Origin: an uncultured virus (IMG/VR IMGVR_UViG_3300037400_002380)
Taxonomy: Duplodnaviria > Heunggongvirae > Uroviricota > Caudoviricetes
Virus record (IMG/VR): IMGVR_UViG_3300037400_002380
Length of the DNA stretch: 64,000 nucleotides
Reading direction: 5' to 3' (one strand)
Shown here in pieces: positions 1 to 9,592 of the stretch. Under the pieces are notes generated by a model that saw only the letters and a list, made by a program, of their open reading frames with translations, was not told the DNA's origin and searched no databases. The position numbers and the translations under genes were made by a program. Every line of letters starts with the position of its first letter. Positions within the stretch are counted from its first letter, which is position 1.

Positions 1-37
1 CTTTAAAATTTCTCCGGGGGTAAATTTTTATATTTGT

Positions 38-147
38 CTTTTATATTACCCGAGGGCTGTCTGGGCTTACTCCTTTCTATACAGGGTCCTTCGTCCTCCT
101 GCCTGTATATTTTTTCTGGTTTAGGCAGTCCTCGTGTAATGTAAAAG
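38..147 (+). ncRNA. Long imperfect hairpin / candidate structured leader or sRNA upstream of the first gene
   Basis: 38-66 pairs with 119-147 (29 bp, 1 mismatch, several G-U); inner stem atacagg/cctgtat; loop contains pyrimidine tracts ACTCCTTTC and TCCTCCT. Confidence 0.45.
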
Positions 148-160
148 AGGAGAAAAGCTA

Positions 161-523
161 ATGGGAAGAAGAAAAAAGTCTGTTGAAACAGATCAAGATA
201 TTAGACTAAGACCGACTTTGTCTCCGGAAGCACTGGAAAACCGTCAGATATTTTTGGCAAATCGTCTTGCTGAGCAGAAACTGCTTGACGGTACCGCCTC
301 ATCACAGTTGATTGTCCACTTTCTGAAGCTTGGGACCACAAAGAATCAGCTTGAGATTGAGAAACTCAGAGCCGAAACAGCAAAAGCTAATGCCCAGGCC
401 GAGTCGATAAAGGCTAACGAAAGAGACGGTAAACTTACTGAGGAAGCAATAAAGGCTTTTACTCTTTACAGAGGAAAGGAGAACGAAGACGAATCAGAAA
501 TAGACGATGACGAATACTATTAA
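161..523 (+). CDS. Conserved phage protein, possible small terminase subunit
   Basis: RBS GAGGAG; located before HNH and terminase; helical C-terminus QLEIEKLRAET. Confidence 0.45.
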   Translation: MGRRKKSVETDQDIRLRPTLSPEALENRQIFLANRLAEQKLLDGTASSQLIVHFLKLGTTKNQLEIEKLRAETAKANAQAESIKANERDGKLTEEAIKAFTLYRGKENEDESEIDDDEYY

Positions 524-932
524 GACCTACAGCGAACTTATACGTCTTTCAACTTTCGAAGACCGTTTTCGATATTTGGCTCTTCACGGTAAAGTTGGAA
601 TTGACACATTTGGTTTTGACCGATATTTCAACCAAAAATTCTATAGATCATCAGAATGGAAACGGGTTAGGCACCAGGTCATAGTCAGAGATAGTGCCTG
701 TGATCTTGGAATAATAGGAAGAGATATTTCTGGTCGTGTAATAATTCACCATATGAATCCATTTACAATGGAAGACCTTACTGGAGAAAACGCATCAGAA
801 CTTTTAAACCCTGAGTATCTGATTTGTGTTAGTCACGATACACATAACGCCATACATTATGGCGACGAGAGTCTTCTTCCAGAGATATTTGTTGAGAGAA
901 GACCGAACGACACGTGTCCGTGGCTAAATTAA
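507..932 (+). CDS. HNH endonuclease (packaging-associated)
   Basis: FYRSSEWKRVRHQVIVRD, IIHHMNP, CVSHDTHNAIH motifs. Confidence 0.85.
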   Translation: MTNTIKTYSELIRLSTFEDRFRYLALHGKVGIDTFGFDRYFNQKFYRSSEWKRVRHQVIVRDSACDLGIIGRDISGRVIIHHMNPFTMEDLTGENASELLNPEYLICVSHDTHNAIHYGDESLLPEIFVERRPNDTCPWLN

Positions 933-1031
933 TTTAATCTTAATTCTCGGCCGGAAATAAGATAGATGTAACAACGATTTCATTAAAGACTGTGCTTGAG
1001 TGTATAAGCTGGTTTATTTGAGGATTTCAAA

Positions 1032-1376
1032 ATGCAGGAAAGTATACTTACTTCTATTAAGAAGTTGCTTGGAATAACGGCTGACTATGAGCACTTTGAC
1101 GCAGACATCGTCATGCACATAAATTCAGTGTTTATGATACTCATGCAACTTGGCGTAGGACCCGCCGATGGGTTCCATATTTCAGATAGTAATTCTGTTT
1201 GGAGCGACTTTCTTTCAGATGCTACATGGTTGGAATCTGTAAAGTCTTATGTTTATATGCGGGTTAAGTTGTTGTTCGATCCGCCACAGAATGGAACACT
1301 TATGAATTCTATTGAAAAGCAGATAGACGAGTTTGAGTGGCGTTGCCGAGTTGAATCAGAATTTAGAAATGATTGA
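1032..1376 (+). CDS. Head-tail connector/adaptor protein
   Basis: SILTSIKKLLG...FDADIVMHINSVF...LLFDPP...EFEWR pattern of siphophage connectors. Confidence 0.7.
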   Translation: MQESILTSIKKLLGITADYEHFDADIVMHINSVFMILMQLGVGPADGFHISDSNSVWSDFLSDATWLESVKSYVYMRVKLLFDPPQNGTLMNSIEKQIDEFEWRCRVESEFRND

Positions 1377-1472
1377 TGCGCACGATTTTCAGGTCCTCTT
1401 ATGAGAGGAAAGGAGTATAGCGTCATTTGCGCTTTCTTTTCCTTTTAATTTTAAAAATGAGAGAGGTTAATC

Positions 1473-2078
1473 ATGAGTAATTATATAGAGCATCATGGAA
1501 TTTTAGGACAGAAATGGGGAGTTCGAAGATTCCAGAATAAAGACGGCTCGCTTACTGAAGCTGGAAAGAAAAGGCAGCAATATGGCAATGGCCCAGATAG
1601 AGACGCTCGTGTTCAGACAAGCGCCATTGTAGGCACTGCTGTTCGTGTGTTATCAGGAAACGTAGGCGGTGCAGCACTAACAGCCGGACGATATATGACC
1701 GGAGGAGGCAAGGGTAGAGAAAAGCGTCTCGAATCTAAACTTGCTAAAGACGGTTCAATGAACGATAAACAACGTGCAAAGATTCAGACCAAACTTGAGG
1801 CGCAAAAGAAAGCAAATGCTGCCAGAGAAGTATATGACAATTATACTTCAAACGGAAAAATGTATGTTCAGGATTTTCTTCTTGGTGGTTTCGCCAATGG
1901 TGAAATGTATAGAAACGCTAGAGCACGCGGTGCAGGCCGTGTAAGATCATATCTTGAATCTGGTATCACTTCACCTGTTAGCGCACTTCTTAGGGGCACT
2001 GCTAATAAGAAGCGTTACGGAGATTGGTTTATTGCCGGAGATGTCGACCCGGACGAACTTTATCATACAAATTTTTAA
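1473..2078 (+). CDS. HHGxxGQKWGVRR-motif protein (DUF7211-like), probable internal virion protein
   Basis: N-terminus YIEHHGILGQKWGVRRFQNKDGSLT; RBS GAGGT. Confidence 0.7.
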   Translation: MSNYIEHHGILGQKWGVRRFQNKDGSLTEAGKKRQQYGNGPDRDARVQTSAIVGTAVRVLSGNVGGAALTAGRYMTGGGKGREKRLESKLAKDGSMNDKQRAKIQTKLEAQKKANAAREVYDNYTSNGKMYVQDFLLGGFANGEMYRNARARGAGRVRSYLESGITSPVSALLRGTANKKRYGDWFIAGDVDPDELYHTNF

Positions 2079-2839
2079 TGTCCCCATACTATTACTCTGA
2101 AATGTATTTGCAGCATCATGGAATTTTAGGTCAGAAATGGGGAGTACGAAGATTTCAGGATAAGTCCGGGAGACTTACTGCATTAGGAAAAAGGTACGGT
2201 GACTCTTCTAGAAAGGTGTCTGTGAAGCCTAACGGCGTATTCGCTCGTTTAAAAAAGAAAGATAAAAGAAAGGCCGCACCAGAATATGAGCAACGGTCGC
2301 GTGATAAAGAAATGCGATTCGCCGCAAATGAACGAGAATTTCAGTTAATGTACCAAAAGAAAGCTAACGACGACTCTTTAGACTACTGGTCTCGTAGTGA
2401 GTATCAGAGTCTCGCAGACTACTTTGGACAAAGTGCTGTTAGTAGCGAAAGATTAGCAAAAGCGAACGACAAAGTGTATACGTTTAAACCGTCTAAAGAC
2501 GAAAAACGGTTTGACAATGCGAGCGACGCCTTAAGTAAATTAAAACGATTCACCGAACCGCCGCCGGATGTGTCTAAAACAAAACCGGGTTCTAGTGAAA
2601 GACTGCGTGCGCTAGAACCTAATAAGTTACAAAAAGAAGTTGAATCTATTTCTGGAGATTGGTATAACAGCGAACCAAAGTCTGATAGATGGAAAAAGAT
2701 TTATAAAGAAGCAAACGAAAACGGTAAGAAAGTTTCTGAACGAGATCTTGCTAAAGCGGCGCTTCTTGACATGGGCTATAAAGCCACTCAGGAAAATATA
2801 GATTATTTAACTAACCGGCATGTAATATGTTGGGATTAG
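2078..2839 (+). CDS. HHGxxGQKWGVRR-motif protein (DUF7211-like)
   Basis: YLQHHGILGQKWGVRRFQ; ATG at 2078 overlaps the previous TAA (ORF track start 2024 is likely too long). Confidence 0.7.
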   Translation: MSPYYYSEMYLQHHGILGQKWGVRRFQDKSGRLTALGKRYGDSSRKVSVKPNGVFARLKKKDKRKAAPEYEQRSRDKEMRFAANEREFQLMYQKKANDDSLDYWSRSEYQSLADYFGQSAVSSERLAKANDKVYTFKPSKDEKRFDNASDALSKLKRFTEPPPDVSKTKPGSSERLRALEPNKLQKEVESISGDWYNSEPKSDRWKKIYKEANENGKKVSERDLAKAALLDMGYKATQENIDYLTNRHVICWD

Positions 2840-2850
2840 GTAGAAAGATT

Positions 2851-3438
2851 ATGAGCTACTATGTGTATAATGGTGAGATTTATCACCATGGTATTTTGGG
2901 CCAAAAATGGGGTGTAAGGCGCTTTCAAAATTATGATGGTACTTTAACCAATAAGGGCAAAAACAGAAATACCAGATACTACAAGAAAGCCCTTAATCGA
3001 GTTGACAAGGGAATCGCTGAAGAAAGCAGAGACTATAGTGACGAACGATCGGTGGCTATAAAACTGCGCACAAAAAGTGACAGACTACTTACAAAAGCTG
3101 GTAATGTTCTTGACACTAACCCGAATAAGGCAGACCGCTATTACTCTAAAATTGATAAGTTGGAAAAGAAAGCAAACGAGCACGATGCTAAAGCTAATGC
3201 GCATATGTCCAACATAATCAAAGGTCAAGAGTTGACACAGTGACTTCTTAACGAAGCGTCCAGTAAAGGTTATGCTGTTACCTCAAAAGTCACCTCACGA
3301 AACGTAACCAAAGGACATGAATACGTTCTTAACACTTTATCCGTATTAGGCGCGTATGCTATTGGTTCACCGATCGCAGTTACAACGCGTTCCAGGATGT
3401 ATGGAACTAAGTACACCGTTAAGAAACCAAAGGACTAA
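2851..3438 (+). pseudogene. HHG-motif protein interrupted by an in-frame TGA at 3241-3243 (nonsense allele or read-through)
   Basis: EIYHHGILGQKWGVRR start; the frame stays open for 64 codons after TGA, to TAA 3436-3438, 6 nt before terminase. Confidence 0.6.
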
Positions 3439-3444
3439 TTCAAA

Positions 3445-5196
3445 ATGGCACTATCGAACACTGCTGTACCAAAATACTACGGCATGTTTCGAGATGCCGT
3501 AATTCGAGGAGAGATACCAGTAAATGAGCAGATCTCTCTGGAGATGAATAGGATTGATGCTTTGATTGCTGATCCTAAAATGTACTACGATGAATCGGTT
3601 GTTGAAGGCTGGATTTACTTTTGTGAAAACGAAATGACGCTTACTGATGGAGGTGACGTTCACGTCCTCTTTTCTTTTAAGCTTTGGGCCGAACAACTTT
3701 ATGGATGGTACTACTTCATTGAGAAGAGCATTTACAAACCTAATGGAAATGGTACTGGCGGACACTACGTTACAAAACGTATAAAGAAACGCCTCACCAA
3801 TATACAGTATCTTATTGTAGGACGAGGGGCGGCGAAGTCGTTATATGACACATTTGTCCAGGCATATACTCTTGTTGTTGACAGATCGACCACACATCAG
3901 ATAACTACTTCTCCCACTATGAAACAGTCTGAAGAAGTTATGCAACCTTTCGCCACAGCTATAACAAGAGCTAGAGGCCCAGTCTTTAAGCTCATGACTC
4001 AAGGCTCTATTCAGAACACTACTGGAGATAGAATGAATAGAAAGCATCTCTATTCTTCTAAAAAGGGTATTGAGAACAATTTCACGAATAGCTATTTGGA
4101 AATCAGGCCTCTAAAAATCGACAAACTTCAGGGGTTACGAGTCAAATGTGCTACATTAGACGAATGGCTTTCTGGAGATCTTCCGGAGAATCCAATAACG
4201 GCCATACAGCAGGGTGGCGCTAAAGGTCTTGCTCCGGATTACATCATACTAGCCACTAGTTCCGAGGGAACTACACGAAACGGTATTGGCGATACTATTA
4301 AGATGGAGCTTATGGACATCCTAATGGGCAAATACTACAACCCGCATGTTTCTATTTGGTGGTATAAGCTTGATGACATAAAAGAAGTCGACAATCCAGA
4401 GATGTGGGTTAAAGCCAATCCGAACTTGGACTTGACAGTTTCTTACGAAACTTATCAAGAAGAAGTTCAGAAGATGAAAAACGTCCCAGCAGCAAGGAAT
4501 GAGATTCTCGCAAAGAGATTCGGAATTCCTATGGAAGGTCACACTTACTTCTTTACTTACGAGGAGACAATTCTCCACAAGAAAAGAGAGTTTTGGCAGT
4601 TACCTTGTTCCCTTGGTGGAGACTTGTCTATGGGCGACGACTTCTGTTCTTTCACATTTCTTTTTCCATTTCAAAATGGGTCTTTTGGAGTTAAGACTCG
4701 CAACTACATTACAGAGCATACTCTATTCAAACTGCATCCTTCGTTACGTCAACAGTATGACAAATTTATAGACGAGGGAAGTTTGATTGTTATGCCCGGA
4801 ACAGTGCTCGACATGATTGATGTTTACGAAGATCTTGTCAAGTGTATTGACGACAATCAATACGATGTAAGGTGTTTTGGTTATGACCCGTATAATGCAA
4901 AAGATTTTGTTGAAAGATGGGCAAAAGAAAATTCTCCGTACGGGATAGAGAAGGTGATTCAGGGAGCCCGTACGGAATCGGTTCCTCTTGGTGAACTTAA
5001 GAAGCTTGCAGAAGAACGACTTTTATTGTTTGACGAAGAATTAATGAAGTTTGCAATGGGTAACTGCATCACGTTAGAGGATACAAATGGTAACAGAAAA
5101 TTGTATAAGCGCAGGCATGAACAGAAAATTGATGCCGTTGCGGCTATGATGGATGCCTACGTGGCATATAAGTTGAACAGAGAGGCATTCGAATAA
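3445..5196 (+). CDS. terL: Terminase large subunit
   Basis: Walker A-like VGRGAAKS, Walker B ATLDEW, WVKANPNL, nuclease GGDLS and KIDAVAAMMDA. Confidence 0.95.
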   Translation: MALSNTAVPKYYGMFRDAVIRGEIPVNEQISLEMNRIDALIADPKMYYDESVVEGWIYFCENEMTLTDGGDVHVLFSFKLWAEQLYGWYYFIEKSIYKPNGNGTGGHYVTKRIKKRLTNIQYLIVGRGAAKSLYDTFVQAYTLVVDRSTTHQITTSPTMKQSEEVMQPFATAITRARGPVFKLMTQGSIQNTTGDRMNRKHLYSSKKGIENNFTNSYLEIRPLKIDKLQGLRVKCATLDEWLSGDLPENPITAIQQGGAKGLAPDYIILATSSEGTTRNGIGDTIKMELMDILMGKYYNPHVSIWWYKLDDIKEVDNPEMWVKANPNLDLTVSYETYQEEVQKMKNVPAARNEILAKRFGIPMEGHTYFFTYEETILHKKREFWQLPCSLGGDLSMGDDFCSFTFLFPFQNGSFGVKTRNYITEHTLFKLHPSLRQQYDKFIDEGSLIVMPGTVLDMIDVYEDLVKCIDDNQYDVRCFGYDPYNAKDFVERWAKENSPYGIEKVIQGARTESVPLGELKKLAEERLLLFDEELMKFAMGNCITLEDTNGNRKLYKRRHEQKIDAVAAMMDAYVAYKLNREAFE

Positions 5197-5864
5197 TGTA
5201 TTACGATGAACTATACCACCATGGCGTAAAAGGCCAACGATGGGGTGTAAGACGATTTCAGAATAAAGATGGATCGTTAACTAGATTAGGACAGAAAAGA
5301 GCTGACAGACAAGCTAAAGCGGCTGCAAAAGAATATGAAAAGAGGGCGGCAAGAGGAGAGTATAGTCTTGATTCAAAGTTCGAGTCTATTTCCGGAAGAA
5401 CTGTTAAATCTGGACGAAGACGTTCCGGTCCTCTTGACGGAGCAGGTGCTGCTATAGCTGGTTTAGCTGCTGTTACTGCTGGAGCTAAAATACTTTCCGG
5501 AACAAAAGGAAAGGGCGACTCCGCTTTTAAGCCAGAAAAGAAAGGTGGATCACCAGCAGAAAAAATATTGAATAATACGAGTAGTATTACAAGCTCTTTA
5601 GCAAAAGGTCTTGGCGACAGATCCAACGCCAAGGCTGCTAAAGAAGCAAATAAAATAGATCTTTCTCACGCGTCTGATCAAGAAATTAGAGATTATGTGA
5701 ATCGATACAATCTTGAGAAGCAATTCAGGCAGATCACTGCTGAACAATACAGTAGCGGGCATGCACGAACAAAAGAAATGATTGAGACTATCGGCGCTAT
5801 AGCAAGTGTTGGCGCGTCTATTGCCGGAATAATAGTTGCGTATAACAAAATTAAGAACGGATAA
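5196..5864 (+). CDS. HHG-motif protein (DUF7211-like)
   Basis: ELYHHGVKGQRWGVRRFQNKDGSLT; hydrophobic C-terminal helix. Confidence 0.7.
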   Translation: MYYDELYHHGVKGQRWGVRRFQNKDGSLTRLGQKRADRQAKAAAKEYEKRAARGEYSLDSKFESISGRTVKSGRRRSGPLDGAGAAIAGLAAVTAGAKILSGTKGKGDSAFKPEKKGGSPAEKILNNTSSITSSLAKGLGDRSNAKAAKEANKIDLSHASDQEIRDYVNRYNLEKQFRQITAEQYSSGHARTKEMIETIGAIASVGASIAGIIVAYNKIKNG

Positions 5865-5878
5865 AGGAAAAATTCAAA

Positions 5879-7147
5879 ATGTCAGATTTTTCAATAGGTT
5901 CCAGGTTTAAACAAGCTTGGAATGCTTTTTTCAACAAAGATCCCACGCCGTCGTTTAATCTTGGGACTTCTTATTACAATCGGCCAGATAGAATGAAATA
6001 CACAGGCGGTAACGACAGATCAATTGTTACTGCTATTTTTAATCGTATCGCGCTTGATGTAGCGTCTATTGGGCTTAAACATGTTCAGCTCGACGCTGAC
6101 GGAAGATATCAGAATGACAAACCAACGGAGTTGAATAGATGCTTAACTCTCGATGCGAATCTTGATCAAACCGGACGGTCTTTTCTGCAAGATGTTGTCG
6201 CTTCCATGATGGATGAAGGATGCGTTGCTATTGTGCCTGTGGTGACTGATAACGATCCGACTAAGTCCGACACATATGGAATCGAAAATCTAAGAACTGG
6301 ACGAATTGTTCAATGGTATCCTTCTATGGTTCGAATCGAACTATATAACGAGTTCACTGGAAAAAGGGACGAAGTTACTCTTCCGAAGAAAGTGGTTGCT
6401 ATCGTTGAGAATCCATTATATGCAGTTGTAAATGAGCCAAATTCAACTGCTAAACGACTAATGCGTAAACTTGCTTTATTGGATTTCATCGACGAACGAA
6501 ACGGATCTGACAAACTGAACATGCTTATTCAGCTTCCTTATGGTACCGGAAGGGAAAGGCTTAGAAGTAGAGCTCAAAAGAACATAGAAGACATAGAAAC
6601 ACAGTTATCATTATCTCGTTATGGAATAGCTTACACCGATTCGGCAGAAAAAGTATTTCAGTTAAATCGTCCTTTAGATAACACTCTTTTAGGACAAATA
6701 GAATTTCTAACCAATCTTCTTTATAGTCAACTTGGAATTACAAAGGAGATTATGGATGGAACTGCAAATCCAGAAACAATGCTGAATTACTATACTAGAA
6801 CTATAGAGCCGATACTAGCATCAATAGCGGATGAGATGAAACGAAAGTTTTTAAGTAAAAACGCTATTACTAGAGGACAAAGTATCGCTTACTATAGAGA
6901 TCAATTCCGATTAGTTCCATTAGATAAATTAGCGGAAATGATTGGGACTTTGATTACAAATAGGGTGTTAACGTCGAACGAAGGTAGACAGATCATTGGG
7001 TTGAAACCTTCTGATGATCCAAATGCCGATAAGTTAACTAATCCCAATGTCGACACTGTCGAACAATCCGAAAAGGCCGAAGAAGAAGCACCGAAAGAGA
7101 AAGAAACAGTAAACGAAGGAGAAATTCAAAATGTCGAAGAAACCTGA
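5879..7147 (+). CDS. Portal protein
   Basis: 422 aa between terminase and capsid; IFNRIALDVAS, TIEPI, LTSNEGRQIIGL motifs of HK97-type portals. Confidence 0.9.
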   Translation: MSDFSIGSRFKQAWNAFFNKDPTPSFNLGTSYYNRPDRMKYTGGNDRSIVTAIFNRIALDVASIGLKHVQLDADGRYQNDKPTELNRCLTLDANLDQTGRSFLQDVVASMMDEGCVAIVPVVTDNDPTKSDTYGIENLRTGRIVQWYPSMVRIELYNEFTGKRDEVTLPKKVVAIVENPLYAVVNEPNSTAKRLMRKLALLDFIDERNGSDKLNMLIQLPYGTGRERLRSRAQKNIEDIETQLSLSRYGIAYTDSAEKVFQLNRPLDNTLLGQIEFLTNLLYSQLGITKEIMDGTANPETMLNYYTRTIEPILASIADEMKRKFLSKNAITRGQSIAYYRDQFRLVPLDKLAEMIGTLITNRVLTSNEGRQIIGLKPSDDPNADKLTNPNVDTVEQSEKAEEEAPKEKETVNEGEIQNVEET

Positions 7148-8981
7148 TTTTTGTGGGTATGTAACTCGCAATGACGTTTTGTGCTCCGATGGAAGAATCA
7201 TCAGAAGAGATGCTTTCAAAGATTGTGATGGTATTACAGTGCCGCTTGTGTACAATCACGATCACGATCATTTAGAAGCAGTTATCGGACATGCCGAACT
7301 TATCAATCGACCCGACGGAGTATTTAGCAATTGCTACTTGAATACGGATGTCGAGTATGGAAAACTCGCAAAGGCGTTAATCGCCCATGGCGATATTACA
7401 GGGCTGTCCATTTATGCAAACCGTTTAAAGCAAAACGGGCCTGATGTTATTCATGGTAAGATTCGTGAAGTAAGTCTTGTTCTGGCTGGAGCGAATCCCG
7501 GGGCATTTATTGAACCAAAGAGTGTGACTCACTCTGACGATGGAGTCGAAAATGTGGACGAGGCCGTCATATACATGGGTGAGAATTTCGAGCTCTATCA
7601 TGCTGATGAAAAGGAGAAAACCGTGGCAGAAGATAAAAACAAAAAGCCGGCGGAACCGGAAACAGAAGAAAACGATGACGGAAAATCTATCAAAGAAGTC
7701 TTTGAGACTATGAATGAGGAACAGAAAAAGGTTGTTTATGCCCTTGTTGGTGCGGCTATTAGTGACCAAGAGGGCGGTGAAGAGGAGAAAGAAGATATGA
7801 AGCACAACGTATTCGATCAGAATGAGCAGCAGAGTGATGTTCTCACCCATTCCGATCTTGATGGGATCGTTCTTGACGCAAAGGAGAGCAACGGGTCTTT
7901 CCGTGAGTCTTTTAACATTTTTATGAAGAACAACGATCTCGAACTTGTTCATGACGGGCTTACCAGCAGCGGATTCTCTCAGGATACTACCCAGGATGGC
8001 AACATCACATGGTTGTTCCCTGAGTATCAGATTTATGGTCCTAAAACCCCGCAGCTTCTTACAGATGATCAGAGTTGGGTTTCTTCTGTAATCAACGGAG
8101 CAACTAAGCTTCCTTATTCTCGTGTTAGGACTCGCTATGTTGATATCAGAAACGTCAACGGTAATCACGACGATCTCCGAGCAAGAGGCTATCAGAAAGG
8201 TCAGCAGAAAGACTTTGTAGGAAATTACAATCTGGTGAGAAGGGAAACCGATCCGCAGACTATTTATGTCGAATCTGAACTTGAGAGAGATGATGTCATC
8301 GATATCACCGATTTCGATTATGTTCAGTGGCAGTACAATATCGATCGCATGCAGCTCGAAAACGAGCTCGCTACTGCAATTATGCTCGGTGATGGAAGGG
8401 CTGATGGCACAAAGGGTAAGATCTATCCTACTCACATTCGTCCGATCTGGACCGATGACGATATGTATACAATTCATAAGGACATTGACATTGCGGCTGC
8501 CAGAGAGGAAGTCCAGGGTACCGATACCGCTTCTTACTTCAGTGACAACTTTATTTATACTGAGGCGATGATTGCCGCTATTCAGGATGTATTCATCGAT
8601 TTCATGGGAACCGGTACTCCCGATATGTATATTGATCCTTGGATGCTTAATAAGCTTATGCTGGCTCGTGATCGCAACGGTCGCCGGATCAGAAATACAG
8701 TTAAAGAGCTTGCCAGCGAACTCAACGTTGGTACTGTGCATCGCGTACAGCAGTTCAAGAATAGGATCAGAACAGACTCCCAGGGCAATCAGCACAAGCT
8801 CCTTGCTATCATCGGAAACATGAAAGACTATGGTATCGGCAGCACCAAGGGCGGTCAGATCACTCATTTCACTGACTTTGATATCAGATTCAACCAGCTT
8901 ATTTCTCTGCTTGAGACTCGTCTGTCCGGAGCAAACATGGGTCTGTATTCCTTCATTGTCATCGAAGAGCCCGTAGTTTAA
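7131..8981 (+). CDS. Prohead protease-major capsid protein fusion
   Basis: N-terminal HK97-type protease (VPLVYNHDH, GLSIYA, REVSLVLAGANPGA), acidic scaffold linker, capsid-sized C-terminal domain. Confidence 0.9.
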   Translation: MSKKPDFCGYVTRNDVLCSDGRIIRRDAFKDCDGITVPLVYNHDHDHLEAVIGHAELINRPDGVFSNCYLNTDVEYGKLAKALIAHGDITGLSIYANRLKQNGPDVIHGKIREVSLVLAGANPGAFIEPKSVTHSDDGVENVDEAVIYMGENFELYHADEKEKTVAEDKNKKPAEPETEENDDGKSIKEVFETMNEEQKKVVYALVGAAISDQEGGEEEKEDMKHNVFDQNEQQSDVLTHSDLDGIVLDAKESNGSFRESFNIFMKNNDLELVHDGLTSSGFSQDTTQDGNITWLFPEYQIYGPKTPQLLTDDQSWVSSVINGATKLPYSRVRTRYVDIRNVNGNHDDLRARGYQKGQQKDFVGNYNLVRRETDPQTIYVESELERDDVIDITDFDYVQWQYNIDRMQLENELATAIMLGDGRADGTKGKIYPTHIRPIWTDDDMYTIHKDIDIAAAREEVQGTDTASYFSDNFIYTEAMIAAIQDVFIDFMGTGTPDMYIDPWMLNKLMLARDRNGRRIRNTVKELASELNVGTVHRVQQFKNRIRTDSQGNQHKLLAIIGNMKDYGIGSTKGGQITHFTDFDIRFNQLISLLETRLSGANMGLYSFIVIEEPVV

Positions 8982-8993
8982 GGAGGTAATCAT

Positions 8994-9236
8994 ATGGCCA
9001 CTACCAAAATAGAAGCGCTTGGAGCCATTCTCACTAGTCTCGGTAAGACTCCGACTGCCAGAACCACTAATGGACTCCTTGTAGAGATATCAGAAGCTGT
9101 TAGTGAAGAAAGTTCGGATGGTAGCTTTATTCCTGCTGTTACTTCTGCCGACAACGGTAAAGTGCTCGGCGTTGTCGATGGCCATTGGGCTGTTATGGAT
9201 TTGGCTTCATTTATTCAAGACAACACCGGATCATAA
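8994..9236 (+). CDS. Small virion protein (possible head decoration)
   Basis: RBS AGGAGG right after capsid; PAVTSADNGKVLGVVDGHW motif. Confidence 0.5.
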   Translation: MATTKIEALGAILTSLGKTPTARTTNGLLVEISEAVSEESSDGSFIPAVTSADNGKVLGVVDGHWAVMDLASFIQDNTGS

Positions 9237-9259
9237 GTGAGCAAAAGGGGAATTTCAAA

Positions 9260-9592
9260 ATGAAGTATTTTGGAGAAATCGGCTACGGTATAACTGAGGA
9301 AATTCGACCAGGCGTTAATAAACCAACGCTTGTTAAGCGAAATTATTATGGGGAAGTCACCAGGAACATTCGACGGTATGAAAATTCCGGAAATGTCAAT
9401 GACGATTTGAACATTAACATGACGCTCAGCATCGTAGCCGACCCCTTTGCATATCAGAATTTTCATCAGATAAGGTATGCTGTCTATATGGGATCTAAAT
9501 GGAAAGTATCTTCTGTTGAAGTAGCATACCCGAGATTAATACTTACTTTGGGAGGCGTATACAATGGCGAAGATGATGAACAAACGCCTTGA
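9260..9592 (+). CDS. Head-to-tail stopper/closure protein
   Basis: MKYFGEIGY...SIVADPFAYQNF...KWKVSSVEVAYPRLILTLGGVYNG; true start ATG 9260. Confidence 0.7.
   Translation: MKYFGEIGYGITEEIRPGVNKPTLVKRNYYGEVTRNIRRYENSGNVNDDLNINMTLSIVADPFAYQNFHQIRYAVYMGSKWKVSSVEVAYPRLILTLGGVYNGEDDEQTP

Noticed and set aside
7425..8993. Long antisense ORFs (also 15334-16422, 16840-17688, 60281-61621)
   Set aside because: Shadow frames of well-supported + strand genes, with no RBS or recognisable motifs
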